This document shows, piece after piece, positions 39,611-48,275 of a stretch of 53,360 nucleotides of DNA. Where the stretch lies: positions 1-53,360 of IMG/VR virus record IMGVR_UViG_3300048694_000840; one strand, written 5' to 3'. The notes below the pieces were generated by a model. That model was not told where the DNA came from. It did not search any database and saw nothing but the letters and a program-made list of their open reading frames with translations. Within the stretch, counting starts at the first letter, position 1, and every line of letters begins with the position of its first letter. Origin of the DNA: a virus. Lineage: Duplodnaviria; Caudoviricetes. The position numbers and the translations under genes were made by a program.

Positions 39611-40885
39611 ATGAAACTAAAAAAAATACTTGCAGCTGCATCTTTGGCTTTATTCGGTTTGGCGTCTTTGTCGGATACGGTCACAGGATCAAACGGAACA
39701 ACAACAAATACCAACACATTAATTAATCAAGGTGGTTACACCACTTCAAGTCTGGTTGATACCAATAGCACAAGCAACAGTACATCTTTGGTAAATACAA
39801 ACAATACCAGCACGAGCACATCAACCGCTACCAGCACAAGTACGGTGAATTCTACCAGTACAAATACAAACAACAACGTCAATAGCGGTACTATTACATA
39901 CAATAATAACAATAATAATGTGCAAAGTGGTACAGTAACAAATAATAACATCAACACCACAAACGGAACATTGACATATAATAATAACAATGCAATGAGT
40001 GGTAGTGTTACTTACACCAACAACAATGTGCAAAGTGGTACAGTAACAAACAACAATAATAATGTTAATACCAATACAAGTTCGGCCACAAACACCAACT
40101 ATAATGTAAATAGTGGTACACAAACATTCAATAATAACAGTACAAGCACTTCCACAAATACAAACACCAATAATAATATTAACACCAGTACCAATGTTAA
40201 TACAAACAATAATGTTAACACTGGTACAATGACCTACAACAATAACAATGCAAGTACAAGTACCAATACAAACACAAATAATAATTTGAATACAAGTACT
40301 TCCACAAACACAAACAATAATACTAATACAAGTACTAGCACGAATGTTAATACAAACAATAATGTTAATACAGGTACAATGACTTATAATAACAATAATG
40401 CAAGTACCAGTACCAATACAAATAACAACACAAACAACAATAACAATGTGAATACCAGTACCAGTGTTAATACGAATAACAATGTTCAAAGTGGTACATT
40501 AAACAATAATAACAATAATATATCCAAGATTGACCAAACCATTCATCAACCGCCACCAACAGCAATCGCACCTGCCATGATGAGTATGGGTACAGATTTG
40601 TGCGTTACTGGTGTGTCTGGAGCAACTCAAACTCAAATATTTGGTCTAAGTTTCGGTAGTACAATGCGTGATGCAAATTGTGAACGATTGAAACTATCCA
40701 AAACACTATATGATATGGGAATGAAAGTTGCGGCAGTTGCAACAATGTGTCAAGACCGCCGTATATGGGATGCAATGATGCAAGCCGGTACACCTTGTCC
40801 TTATGAAGGTTTGATTGGAGAACAAGCCAAGGCCGCATGGGAAGCTAATCCTAAAAAAATACCAACTATTGGCCTGAAGGAATAA
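39611..40885 (+). CDS. Secreted Asn/Thr-repeat protein with Cys-rich C-terminal domain
   Basis: Signal peptide; ~280 aa of N/T/S repeats; C-terminal PPTAIAP...DLC...CERLKLSKTL...MCQD...GTPCP. Confidence 0.8.
   Translation: MKLKKILAAASLALFGLASLSDTVTGSNGTTTNTNTLINQGGYTTSSLVDTNSTSNSTSLVNTNNTSTSTSTATSTSTVNSTSTNTNNNVNSGTITYNNNNNNVQSGTVTNNNINTTNGTLTYNNNNAMSGSVTYTNNNVQSGTVTNNNNNVNTNTSSATNTNYNVNSGTQTFNNNSTSTSTNTNTNNNINTSTNVNTNNNVNTGTMTYNNNNASTSTNTNTNNNLNTSTSTNTNNNTNTSTSTNVNTNNNVNTGTMTYNNNNASTSTNTNNNTNNNNNVNTSTSVNTNNNVQSGTLNNNNNNISKIDQTIHQPPPTAIAPAMMSMGTDLCVTGVSGATQTQIFGLSFGSTMRDANCERLKLSKTLYDMGMKVAAVATMCQDRRIWDAMMQAGTPCPYEGLIGEQAKAAWEANPKKIPTIGLKE
39730..40520 (+). repeat. Degenerate coding tandem repeat (NNVxSGT(V/M)TYNNNNxSTSTNT)
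   Basis: Near-identical blocks start at ~40191 and ~40341 (150 nt period), with shorter copies elsewhere. Confidence 0.8.
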
Positions 40886-40886
40886 T

Positions 40887-43094
40887 ATGAAGAAGGTTGC
40901 CTTCTTTGTGTTGATGTTATTAGCTAAGGTAACTTTTGCTCAATATCTGAATACTCCTACGATTGACAGTTCTACTGGAAATCTAGTTTATACTACATCA
41001 ACTAATGGTTATAGCAATCCTCCACCGAACGGAGATTGGACAAATAATATCTGGTCTGGATTCGTAGGTACTTCTAGCACTGGTGGAGGTTATAGTGGTG
41101 GATACCAGCCTGGTTGGAATTCAAACATAGGAGTATTCATGTTTGGTTACAATCAAGGCACAATACGATATTCAACACCGATTAATGTTGCATTAGCAAA
41201 TGCCGGCACAGGCATACAAATTAATGGATATGCATACTCTTGGGAATATATTAATCAAGATTACAGTAGAGGAACACTTACAGGAAATATAAGTTTGACT
41301 AGCAATACTGGCCAAACTTTGGAAAGTTATAATTATAATATGCCACGTACAACGAATGGTTGGACAACAATGAGCGGTACACAAAATTTTAACACACATT
41401 ATGCTTTATCCAGTGTAGGAAATCTTAATGTAAGTTTTACTGGTAGAGATGATAGATTTTGGGCAGGTTATTATGGACCTAGAATCAGAGACATTAATGT
41501 AAGTATGCTTTATAGTGTTGCTCCACCACCAGTACAAACAGATTTTCCAAGTTGGGTTAAGTTGACGGATGAAAATGGTAACTTTACACTCACTTCGTCC
41601 GGTGTAGTTCGTTATGGTGCCAATGGTACCTACGTATATCAAAATTTTCAACCAGGCACTTACAGTTGTAGTAATGGTGCTTGGGGTAGAGATCCGCTTG
41701 GAGGTGTATATAAGGAGTGTGATTTAGGTTCAAACACATCACCAACTCCAACACCAACACCTTCGGTTCCAAAAATACAAACTGTTACAACAACCACAAC
41801 CGATCCTACATCCACAGTAACAAATCCTACAATTGTTACAAACCCTACCACAGTTTCCACTCCAACAACAACATTGAGTTCAAGTTCAAATAGTGGAAAC
41901 AACGGAATGACTGACACATCTTCAGCAACTTCCAGTAATTTAATTGGTAGTGTAACAGCATCACCAACAATTGTTTCTGCGCCAGCACCAGTTGTAAGTT
42001 CAACATCAACAACCAGTTCAAGTTCTCCTAGTCAAAGTTCTAGTTCATCTAGCTCAACTGGTTCAACAACTTCCACAACAACCGCAACAGTAACTGCCAC
42101 AGTTGCAACACCATCTGGAGGTCCTTCTAAAGAATCTGGTGGTGGAGGAACAAGTATAGGCCTGAGTGTTGTTGCTAAGAATCAACAACGAGAACAGGCA
42201 ATAGCTATGCAAGCATCTGCAAGTGCGGTGGCTGCAGCAGATCAAGCTGGAAAAACAGCACAACAAGAAGCTGTTAGTGTGGCCGGATCTGCGGTATCAA
42301 ATAGTTTGGTTCAAGGACAATCAGCATTAAAGTCTGATTCAAATTCTGGCGGAAGTAAAATTGGTGGCAATTCTGTTGGTTTTATTGACATGACTACACA
42401 GAATACACAAACAAACTCATCTGCAACAAGTGGTTCTGGTAACACAACAACAAGAGATTCAACTCAGTTACAAACAAACGTGATGAATAACGTTTTTACA
42501 TCATCAACACAATCAGTAAGTGTAATGCAAAGTACTCAATCACAAAATTATCTTGCATCATCATTTAGTGTTTCGGATACACAACAAACAAGCAATTCAA
42601 ATTTATCATATAGTTTGTTACCACCAATACAACCAGTGGGATTATCAAATGGAAATTTAGCAACATATCAAATAGCTTCATACACACCACCAGAACAAAC
42701 ATCTTTTAAAATACAATCGGTCTCTGTACAAACTGAAAGTTATCAATTAAAACCACCTTCCGTTTTGACGGATAGAACAAGTTTTATTAACGATATTATT
42801 GAAGGTAAACAATTTATACCACAATCAAACACAACAATTAATACAGGACCTGTTGTAAACAAAGATGCACAAGACAATGAAGCAGCTGGCGGAGTCAGTA
42901 TCAATAAAATGGCACTAGCACCAAAGGGTTATGGTGATTATTTAAATTTTACCATGCGTGATGTGGCATTCTATGAACCAAAAGAAGTATACAAGAATCA
43001 AAAAACGGTTGATAATGTAAGAGCATTTCGTTCATTGGCCAATGATTCTAAACACAAAGAAATGGTAGAACAACAATACAGAATAGGAAAATAA
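40887..43094 (+). CDS. Large secreted protein with beta-rich domain, small lectin-like Cys module and Ser/Thr-rich stalk
   Basis: Signal peptide; VRYGANG...CSNGAWGRDPLGGVYKEC; long S/T region. Confidence 0.75.
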   Translation: MKKVAFFVLMLLAKVTFAQYLNTPTIDSSTGNLVYTTSTNGYSNPPPNGDWTNNIWSGFVGTSSTGGGYSGGYQPGWNSNIGVFMFGYNQGTIRYSTPINVALANAGTGIQINGYAYSWEYINQDYSRGTLTGNISLTSNTGQTLESYNYNMPRTTNGWTTMSGTQNFNTHYALSSVGNLNVSFTGRDDRFWAGYYGPRIRDINVSMLYSVAPPPVQTDFPSWVKLTDENGNFTLTSSGVVRYGANGTYVYQNFQPGTYSCSNGAWGRDPLGGVYKECDLGSNTSPTPTPTPSVPKIQTVTTTTTDPTSTVTNPTIVTNPTTVSTPTTTLSSSSNSGNNGMTDTSSATSSNLIGSVTASPTIVSAPAPVVSSTSTTSSSSPSQSSSSSSSTGSTTSTTTATVTATVATPSGGPSKESGGGGTSIGLSVVAKNQQREQAIAMQASASAVAAADQAGKTAQQEAVSVAGSAVSNSLVQGQSALKSDSNSGGSKIGGNSVGFIDMTTQNTQTNSSATSGSGNTTTRDSTQLQTNVMNNVFTSSTQSVSVMQSTQSQNYLASSFSVSDTQQTSNSNLSYSLLPPIQPVGLSNGNLATYQIASYTPPEQTSFKIQSVSVQTESYQLKPPSVLTDRTSFINDIIEGKQFIPQSNTTINTGPVVNKDAQDNEAAGGVSINKMALAPKGYGDYLNFTMRDVAFYEPKEVYKNQKTVDNVRAFRSLANDSKHKEMVEQQYRIGK

Positions 43095-43095
43095 A

Positions 43096-43659
43096 ATGTC
43101 AGAAGAAATTAAAGACGTAAACAAAAAGATTGATGAAGCCGAAGCGGCAATGAAAAAATATGCAAGTAAAGATACCGTTATTAGTATTGGTGGATATGAA
43201 TTCACTCCTGCTAAATTAATGGTTGCATTTACTCTTGTATCATCCACACTTGGTGGCCTGTACGGTGCTTTTGAAGTCTACAAAGACTATCAAGGCATGA
43301 AGAAAAAGATTGCAGATTATGTGGCACCAGACCTATCAGAATTTGATAAACGTTTGGCTGTGATTGAACAGAATAGTGCTAAGACTTCAGATTACACAAG
43401 AGATATCAAGAATGATTTAAAGAATGATATTCGTAGAAATGAATCTGTGACCGAACAGGTTGAACGTTATGTCAAACAAGCGAATCGTGAGAATGACCAA
43501 GACATGAAGGCCGTTCGTAAGGACGTTGTTGATAGACTAGATAAAATCCGTGATGAAATGGATAAAATGAAACGTGATAATGAAGCTAAATTAGAAAAAT
43601 TAAATCGTGATGTTGACAATAAGATTCAGAAAGCTATTGACAATCCTTTGGCAAAATAA
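43096..43659 (+). CDS. Membrane-anchored coiled-coil protein
   Basis: One TM helix, long coiled coil, ends KAIDNPLAK. Confidence 0.75.
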   Translation: MSEEIKDVNKKIDEAEAAMKKYASKDTVISIGGYEFTPAKLMVAFTLVSSTLGGLYGAFEVYKDYQGMKKKIADYVAPDLSEFDKRLAVIEQNSAKTSDYTRDIKNDLKNDIRRNESVTEQVERYVKQANRENDQDMKAVRKDVVDRLDKIRDEMDKMKRDNEAKLEKLNRDVDNKIQKAIDNPLAK

Positions 43660-43662
43660 TTA

Positions 43663-43872
43663 ATGAAAAAGGCACTACCTATCATATTTGGTATAACCTG
43701 TTTTTTATCAACTGCTCAAGATACAAATAAACCTAAAGAAGATTCTAAGGTCTATGAATGTGTCCGTTGGAGATATAAAGATTTAATTAAATTTGAAATA
43801 GAATGCTTAGAATGGAGAGTGAAAGATTGTTCCAAACGATTACACAAAGATATATGTAGATTAGGATATTAA
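43663..43872 (+). CDS. Small secreted Cys-rich protein
   Basis: Signal peptide; CVRW...CLEW...C...C. Confidence 0.65.
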   Translation: MKKALPIIFGITCFLSTAQDTNKPKEDSKVYECVRWRYKDLIKFEIECLEWRVKDCSKRLHKDICRLGY

Positions 43873-44355
43873 ATGATAGATCCAATTACAATCGGTCTTG
43901 CTTTCACAGCAGCTCAAGAGACTGTGGGATATATTAAAAAAGCCATTTCTTTAGGCAAAGATGTGAACAGTCTCTATGGTTCTTTTGCTAAGTTTTTTGA
44001 AAACAGTGATAAAATTCATATTGAACATAATCGAATCAAAGCTGGAATTTCAGAACTAACTGATGGACAAATAAGATCCTTAAGTTTGCAGATAGCCATG
44101 CAAAGTAAAGCTTTACGTGATGTTGAAAGAGAATTAAAAGATATGTTGGTTTGGAGTGGAAACAAAGAAGTCTGGGATGAAATGCAACGTGAACGTATAC
44201 GTATGACCAAAGAAAGAACGGACCGTGAGAGGGAATTAAAAAGAGCCAGAGCTCAAGCAAACGCTGATATTGCAGATAGATTTTTTATCTTTATAACTTT
44301 TGTTGCAATTGCAATTCCAACTTTTGGTTTTGTTTTTGCAATGTTAAAAAAATAA
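43873..44355 (+). CDS. Coiled-coil protein with C-terminal TM helix
   Basis: MIDPITIG start, C-terminal hydrophobic helix. Confidence 0.7.
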   Translation: MIDPITIGLAFTAAQETVGYIKKAISLGKDVNSLYGSFAKFFENSDKIHIEHNRIKAGISELTDGQIRSLSLQIAMQSKALRDVERELKDMLVWSGNKEVWDEMQRERIRMTKERTDRERELKRARAQANADIADRFFIFITFVAIAIPTFGFVFAMLKK

Positions 44356-44356
44356 A

Positions 44357-44791
44357 TCAGTACTTGTAGTTTACCGAATCTTCGTTTTCACGGTATGTTG
44401 ATGCACCATTTTTCAGATGGAATTTGCGAGCCATCTCGGTCTTTGGACTGTAGGTAACGAATTCGGTAATCTCAGGATTGTTGTCCTCAATCCATTTTCT
44501 TGTTTCTAAAATCATATCACGGCCAGCACCAGCCATATAACTCCAGATTGTATAGAAAACTGCAACTGTTGGATGCTTTGGTTCATCCATTAATTCGTCC
44601 AAATTTGATGGAATCTGATCTTGGTATTTTACACAAACCATAGCTGAAACTTTTTCTTCATCCTGTAATGCAAATACAGTCGAATTCGCACTCACTCTCA
44701 CATCGTGTGGAATGTCAGGACGAACTGGATCATCTTTCAGATATTGTGCTAGAGGATGATCCAGAGATTTGATAGTTACAAGCTTTTTCAT
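44357..44791 (-). CDS. Conserved hypothetical protein (GNAT-like fold possible)
   Basis: KDDPVRP...FYTIWSY..GAGR...SPKTEMARKFHLKNGA. Confidence 0.7.
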   Translation of the reverse strand: MKKLVTIKSLDHPLAQYLKDDPVRPDIPHDVRVSANSTVFALQDEEKVSAMVCVKYQDQIPSNLDELMDEPKHPTVAVFYTIWSYMAGAGRDMILETRKWIEDNNPEITEFVTYSPKTEMARKFHLKNGASTYRENEDSVNYKY

Positions 44792-44821
44792 AACAATATA
44801 TATCCGGATCAATCACTTTTT

Positions 44822-44992
44822 TTATTTGTTTTTTAATTTTTTCTCGATTTCAGCAAAGGCTTCGTCCTCAGCTTTTGCATCATCAATTTCTTTTGGTGTG
44901 GGTTTATTGAAAATTCTGTCCCAATTATCTGAGAATGTTTTTTGGTCTACACTATAAGGTCTTGGACTAGATCCTTTGCCACCATCAGACAT
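44822..44992 (-). CDS. Small conserved hypothetical protein
   Basis: GGKGSSPRP...FSDNWDRIF. Confidence 0.65.
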   Translation of the reverse strand: MSDGGKGSSPRPYSVDQKTFSDNWDRIFNKPTPKEIDDAKAEDEAFAEIEKKLKNK

Positions 44993-44993
44993 A

Positions 44994-45242
44994 TTAATCT
45001 CCATAAATCATTATGATATTGTCAACAGTAATAACGAAATAATCACCACACTTAACTGCTTTGTTCCAATCCAATAGAACAACATCTCCAACAAAAACTT
45101 CATCAGCCTTAGGACCAGTTGCAATTACTTTTGCACGATCTGGTTCTTCCGTTCTATTTAAAATAATACCACCAGAGCTTACTGATTGGTTTTCAATTCT
45201 TTCAACAACAACTTTATTGTGTAATGGTAATAACATATTCAC
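44994..45242 (-). CDS. GroES-like co-chaperonin
   Basis: PLHNKVVVE...SSGGIIL...AKVIATGP...GDVV. Confidence 0.85.
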   Translation of the reverse strand: MNMLLPLHNKVVVERIENQSVSSGGIILNRTEEPDRAKVIATGPKADEVFVGDVVLLDWNKAVKCGDYFVITVDNIIMIYGD

Positions 45243-45249
45243 TCCAAAA

Positions 45250-45324
45250 TGGTTGCAGAGGACGGAATTGCACCGCCGATCTTCAGGGTATGAACCTGAT
45301 GAGTTACTACTTCTCCACTCTGCT
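45250..45324 (-). tRNA. tRNA-Met(CAT), initiator-like
   Basis: Anticodon arm TCAGG-TTCATAC-CCTGA; 1:72 mismatch; CCA. Confidence 0.8.
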
Positions 45325-45330
45325 ATTGAA

Positions 45331-45395
45331 TGGAGCGGTCACCACGATTTCCACGTAGATACCAGGTGGACCCTGATATTGTTAAAAACGACCGC
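45331..45395 (-). ncRNA. D-armless tRNA-Gly-like RNA
   Basis: GCGGTCG/TGACCGC acceptor plus TCCA; no D stem; hairpin loop GTCCA; T-like arm CTACG-TGGAAAT-CGTGG. Confidence 0.6.
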
Positions 45396-45402
45396 ATAAA
45401 AT

Positions 45403-45475
45403 TGGAGCGGGTAGTCGGATTCGAACCGGCTTCATTAGCTTGGAAGGCTAAGTCCTCTCCCAGGAGAATACCCGC
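45403..45475 (-). tRNA. tRNA-Gly(TCC)
   Basis: TTAGC-CTTCCAA-GCTAA; GGTTCGAATCC; TCCA. Confidence 0.9.
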
Positions 45476-45477
45476 AT

Positions 45478-45584
45478 ATCATTTTGAAATATACTAAATC
45501 TGCACTTTTTCAGCCGGCGCTATCTACTATTACGTAGCCTACGGGCAGTCCTTGACCGGTATTCATAGTATACTTCAAAATGAT
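45478..45584 (-). ncRNA. Candidate structured ncRNA closed by a 19 bp stem
   Basis: Arms 45478-45496 and 45566-45584; the single mismatch is G-U on the minus strand. Confidence 0.5.
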
Positions 45585-45611
45585 GCCTATTATATAGGCA
45601 CCACCCCGTTA

Positions 45612-47048
45612 TCAAATAACTTTGTAACGGTCATCCATGATGGTTTTAAGCATCACGGCTTCTGGTGTGAAACCATCTAGGTCTGCACTCAGCAAAGGTT
45701 TCACGATTGCTGGTGAGAATCCAGATACCAGGGCAGTACCAGACTTGTCAAACTTCACTGGTGCATTACCATATGAAGCATTCAAGTTCCAGAATACTAC
45801 TTTCGGAATTTCGTATCCTGCTTCTTGGTACTTACGTGCAATCATTTCAATTGCACTATCGTCATGAGTAACACATTGGTTAAACTGCATGTCGGACAGA
45901 ATCAATACCATGTCTGGCATTTCTTCTTGTGGTACATTACCTTCTACAGCAACATCAAGAATTTTCTTGAAAGCCGCATGTAGATTGGTAGACATATCCC
46001 AGCTAGATTTAACCATTTGGTCAATCTTCTGGTTGATGTTGCCCTTAAGGTGCAACAATTCTGGTGTGCTAGAGAAAGTCAGGAATGTATCCTTAAACTT
46101 ACCCTTGTTCTTGTCTGCAAGGTATAGACCAAGCGAAACAGAAACATCCAAACAAGTCAAATCAGACTTAGATTGGTAACCACCTGCTTTGCAGGTCATA
46201 GAACCAGATACGTCTACCAAAGGTAGAATGTTTGCATCACTAACATAGTTAGGCAATGCGTTCCATTGTGCTTCGATCAAGTCCAATTCGGTCTTGTCGA
46301 AATTGGTGTAGTGGCTGATACGACCCTTCAATACATCATATGGGTATGCCACAGATGCATTGACCTTCACTTCCATGATACGATCCTTAGGATCTTTCAT
46401 GAGTTCGGCCACATATTCGCCATACTTTGTAGTATTGCGGTTGAAGGCCTTCTTATAACGAGCAGTCGCTACAGAAGGAACATGGCTGAAGTTAATGGCA
46501 TCCCATTCTTTAGCACACATTTGGGTTTCAACAACCTTGGTCATTTCAACCAAGGACTTACGGTAGAATTTTGGTGACATTCCGAAGAAAGCACGGATTT
46601 CTGCCGCAATAGGTCCTTTGCGTGGAGTCCACTTTGCAGCCAAACCATTACGAGAACGCAATGCGTCACCCAACATGGTATAAGCCAAGGACTTCATCAC
46701 ATCGGATTGGAAAACAAAAATGTCATCCCAACGACCAAGTTCAGGAACTTTGGCCAAGAGAGCCTTAGCGGCTTCAACATCAGTCTTTTCCAAAAAACGG
46801 AGGATGTTACGGAACGATTCACGTTCACCAGCACCACCACGTGCATCACGAGCCCATGCAGCGACACGGAGTGCCAACTCACGGTTCTCAACCAATGCAG
46901 CGGTAAATGCAGGAACAATATCCTTACCACGGCTTGCACCAATGTTGTAGAACAGGTCTACAACCGCATTAGCGGTGGATTTATGAGCCTTCATACCGTT
47001 GGCGGTACGGGCTTCTTGATTCACAACGGCGTTAACAAAAGTGTTCAT
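45612..47048 (-). CDS. Ro60/TROVE-like helical + VWA protein (DUF2828-like)
   Basis: RDARGGAGER, GRWDD, AAKWTPR, MIDAS DVSGSM, LSDMQF, VFWNL, SGFSP; start MNTF after an AAGGA RBS. Confidence 0.8.
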   Translation of the reverse strand: MNTFVNAVVNQEARTANGMKAHKSTANAVVDLFYNIGASRGKDIVPAFTAALVENRELALRVAAWARDARGGAGERESFRNILRFLEKTDVEAAKALLAKVPELGRWDDIFVFQSDVMKSLAYTMLGDALRSRNGLAAKWTPRKGPIAAEIRAFFGMSPKFYRKSLVEMTKVVETQMCAKEWDAINFSHVPSVATARYKKAFNRNTTKYGEYVAELMKDPKDRIMEVKVNASVAYPYDVLKGRISHYTNFDKTELDLIEAQWNALPNYVSDANILPLVDVSGSMTCKAGGYQSKSDLTCLDVSVSLGLYLADKNKGKFKDTFLTFSSTPELLHLKGNINQKIDQMVKSSWDMSTNLHAAFKKILDVAVEGNVPQEEMPDMVLILSDMQFNQCVTHDDSAIEMIARKYQEAGYEIPKVVFWNLNASYGNAPVKFDKSGTALVSGFSPAIVKPLLSADLDGFTPEAVMLKTIMDDRYKVI

Positions 47049-47067
47049 AACATTTCCTTTCAAAATA

Positions 47068-47123
47068 ACAGGTTACGCTTTGCTTTTTTTCATAAAAGTT
47101 GGTGAATTGCTGAAAGTAACCTA
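47068..47123 (-). ncRNA. CAGCAA-stem RNA copy 1 (short cargo)
   Basis: AGGTTAC-TTT-CAGCAA ... GTAACCT-GTT. Confidence 0.7.
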
Positions 47124-47128
47124 AAAAC

Positions 47129-47307
47129 AACTGGATGATCCGAGTACCGTAATTTATTTTCTGGTTGCCATGTGTATATACTCACAACCCTATTCAATGT
47201 TCGTCATTGAAACCGATCCAATATTCAACTGGCACTATCCTATATTCTACAGGCAATATCGCTTATTAGGCGCTTTCGGTATTAGTTAAATTGCTGTAAT
47301 CATCCAA
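47129..47307 (-). ncRNA. CAGCAA-stem RNA copy 2 (multi-hairpin cargo)
   Basis: TGGATGA-TTA-CAGCAA ... TCATCCA-GTT; internal TACCG/CGGTA stem and several hairpins, e.g. TTCAATG-ACGAA-CATTGAA. Confidence 0.7.
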
Positions 47308-47313
47308 AAAATC

Positions 47314-47500
47314 AACAGGTAAGTTTCCTACTTTTTGTTTACAGAGAGAAATCGAAACTCTCTTTGCTAAGGCCTATTTCAGTAGAAACCTTCTACGCAC
47401 TCGGTCAAAACTCTGTGCTCCAGTTAACTACCATAGGTTGATAGCGATCAGATGCGGATTTTAAACCGCTAGCTTGATTGTTTTTGCTGAACCTTACCTA
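47314..47500 (-). ncRNA. CAGCAA-stem RNA copy 3 (multi-hairpin cargo with T-loop-like hairpin)
   Basis: AGGTAAG-GTT-CAGCAA ... CTTACCT-GTT; AGAGAG-TTTCGATTT-CTCTCT. Confidence 0.7.
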
Positions 47501-47533
47501 AAACCTTTCTCAAAATCTCATAACGAAAACAGT

Positions 47534-47562
47534 ATTATATCACAAAAAATTTGTAGAGTCAA
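47534..47562 (-). promoter_or_regulatory. Sigma70-type promoter for the ncRNA array and Ro-like gene
   Basis: TTGACT-17 nt-TATAAT. Confidence 0.85.
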
Positions 47563-47566
47563 TACT

Positions 47567-47642
47567 TGGTGCCCTCGGACGGAATCGAACCGCCTATCTT
47601 CTGGTTACAAATCAGTTGCATCGCCAGCAATGCTTCAAGGGC
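47567..47642 (-). tRNA. tRNA-Thr(TGT)
   Basis: Loop TTTGTAA (weak anticodon stem); GGTTCGATTCC; ACCA. Confidence 0.8.
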
Positions 47643-48153
47643 AAATTTTTACCTGCAAAGTTTCCGATATCGGAACTTGCCTAACATATTCACCAAAACC
47701 TTTTCGATTCGACCAAGGTTTAAGTGGATATTTAAGAATTGTGGTACTATCAATAATGACAGCACGGTTGCATTCCTTATTTAATTGAACATAAGAAACT
47801 TTCATATCATTGATAGTTTCCATAGGAATCTTATCAAAAAGTTCTTGATCTTTTCTCCATTGATAATCTTTTCGTTCAATACAATTTATCTCACGGAAAG
47901 GAAAATTAATATCTCCTTGCCAATTGCCATGCCGAACTTCGATTTCCCAACAATGAACGACTTTATTATACTCGTTTATTGTCAATAAGTCAATACCATA
48001 GTTGTTTGGATTTTCAATTGTTTTAAAGTTTTTTAATTTACGATTTAGAAAATCCATCATGGCAAGTTTACCTTTAGAATCATATTGTTTGTGATCATTC
48101 ACATCAAATGATTTTAAGGAACCGACCATATTTCTTTTTTGTTCAACAAACAT
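47635..48153 (-). CDS. Hypothetical protein, possible PD-(D/E)XK fold
   Basis: 172 aa, AAGGA RBS; YGIDLL...WEIEVR. Confidence 0.6.
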   Translation of the reverse strand: MFVEQKRNMVGSLKSFDVNDHKQYDSKGKLAMMDFLNRKLKNFKTIENPNNYGIDLLTINEYNKVVHCWEIEVRHGNWQGDINFPFREINCIERKDYQWRKDQELFDKIPMETINDMKVSYVQLNKECNRAVIIDSTTILKYPLKPWSNRKGFGEYVRQVPISETLQVKICP

Positions 48154-48163
48154 AATAATCCTT

Positions 48164-48237
48164 TGGAGCGGGATAAGAGAATCGAACTCTTAACTAAACC
48201 TTGGCAAGGTTTCGTTTGACCATTAAACTAATCCCGC
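48164..48237 (-). tRNA. tRNA-Gly(GCC)
   Basis: AAACC-TTGCCAA-GGTTT; TCCA. Confidence 0.9.
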
Positions 48238-48245
48238 ATGTGTGT

Positions 48246-48274
48246 ATTATATATTATCCTTTTATGTTTGGCAA
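48246..48274 (-). promoter_or_regulatory. Sigma70-type promoter
   Basis: TTGCCA-17 nt-TATAAT just upstream of tRNA-Gly(GCC). Confidence 0.7.
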
Positions 48275-48275
48275 C

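Noticed and set aside
39736-40489. Long minus-strand hydrophobic or Cys-rich ORFs
   Set aside because: Shadow frames of the Asn/Thr repeat gene.
47068-47500. CRISPR array or simple DNA repeat interpretation of the CAGCAA units
   Set aside because: Unit lengths vary from ~56 to ~187 nt, stems covary instead of being identical, and there are no cas genes in the window.
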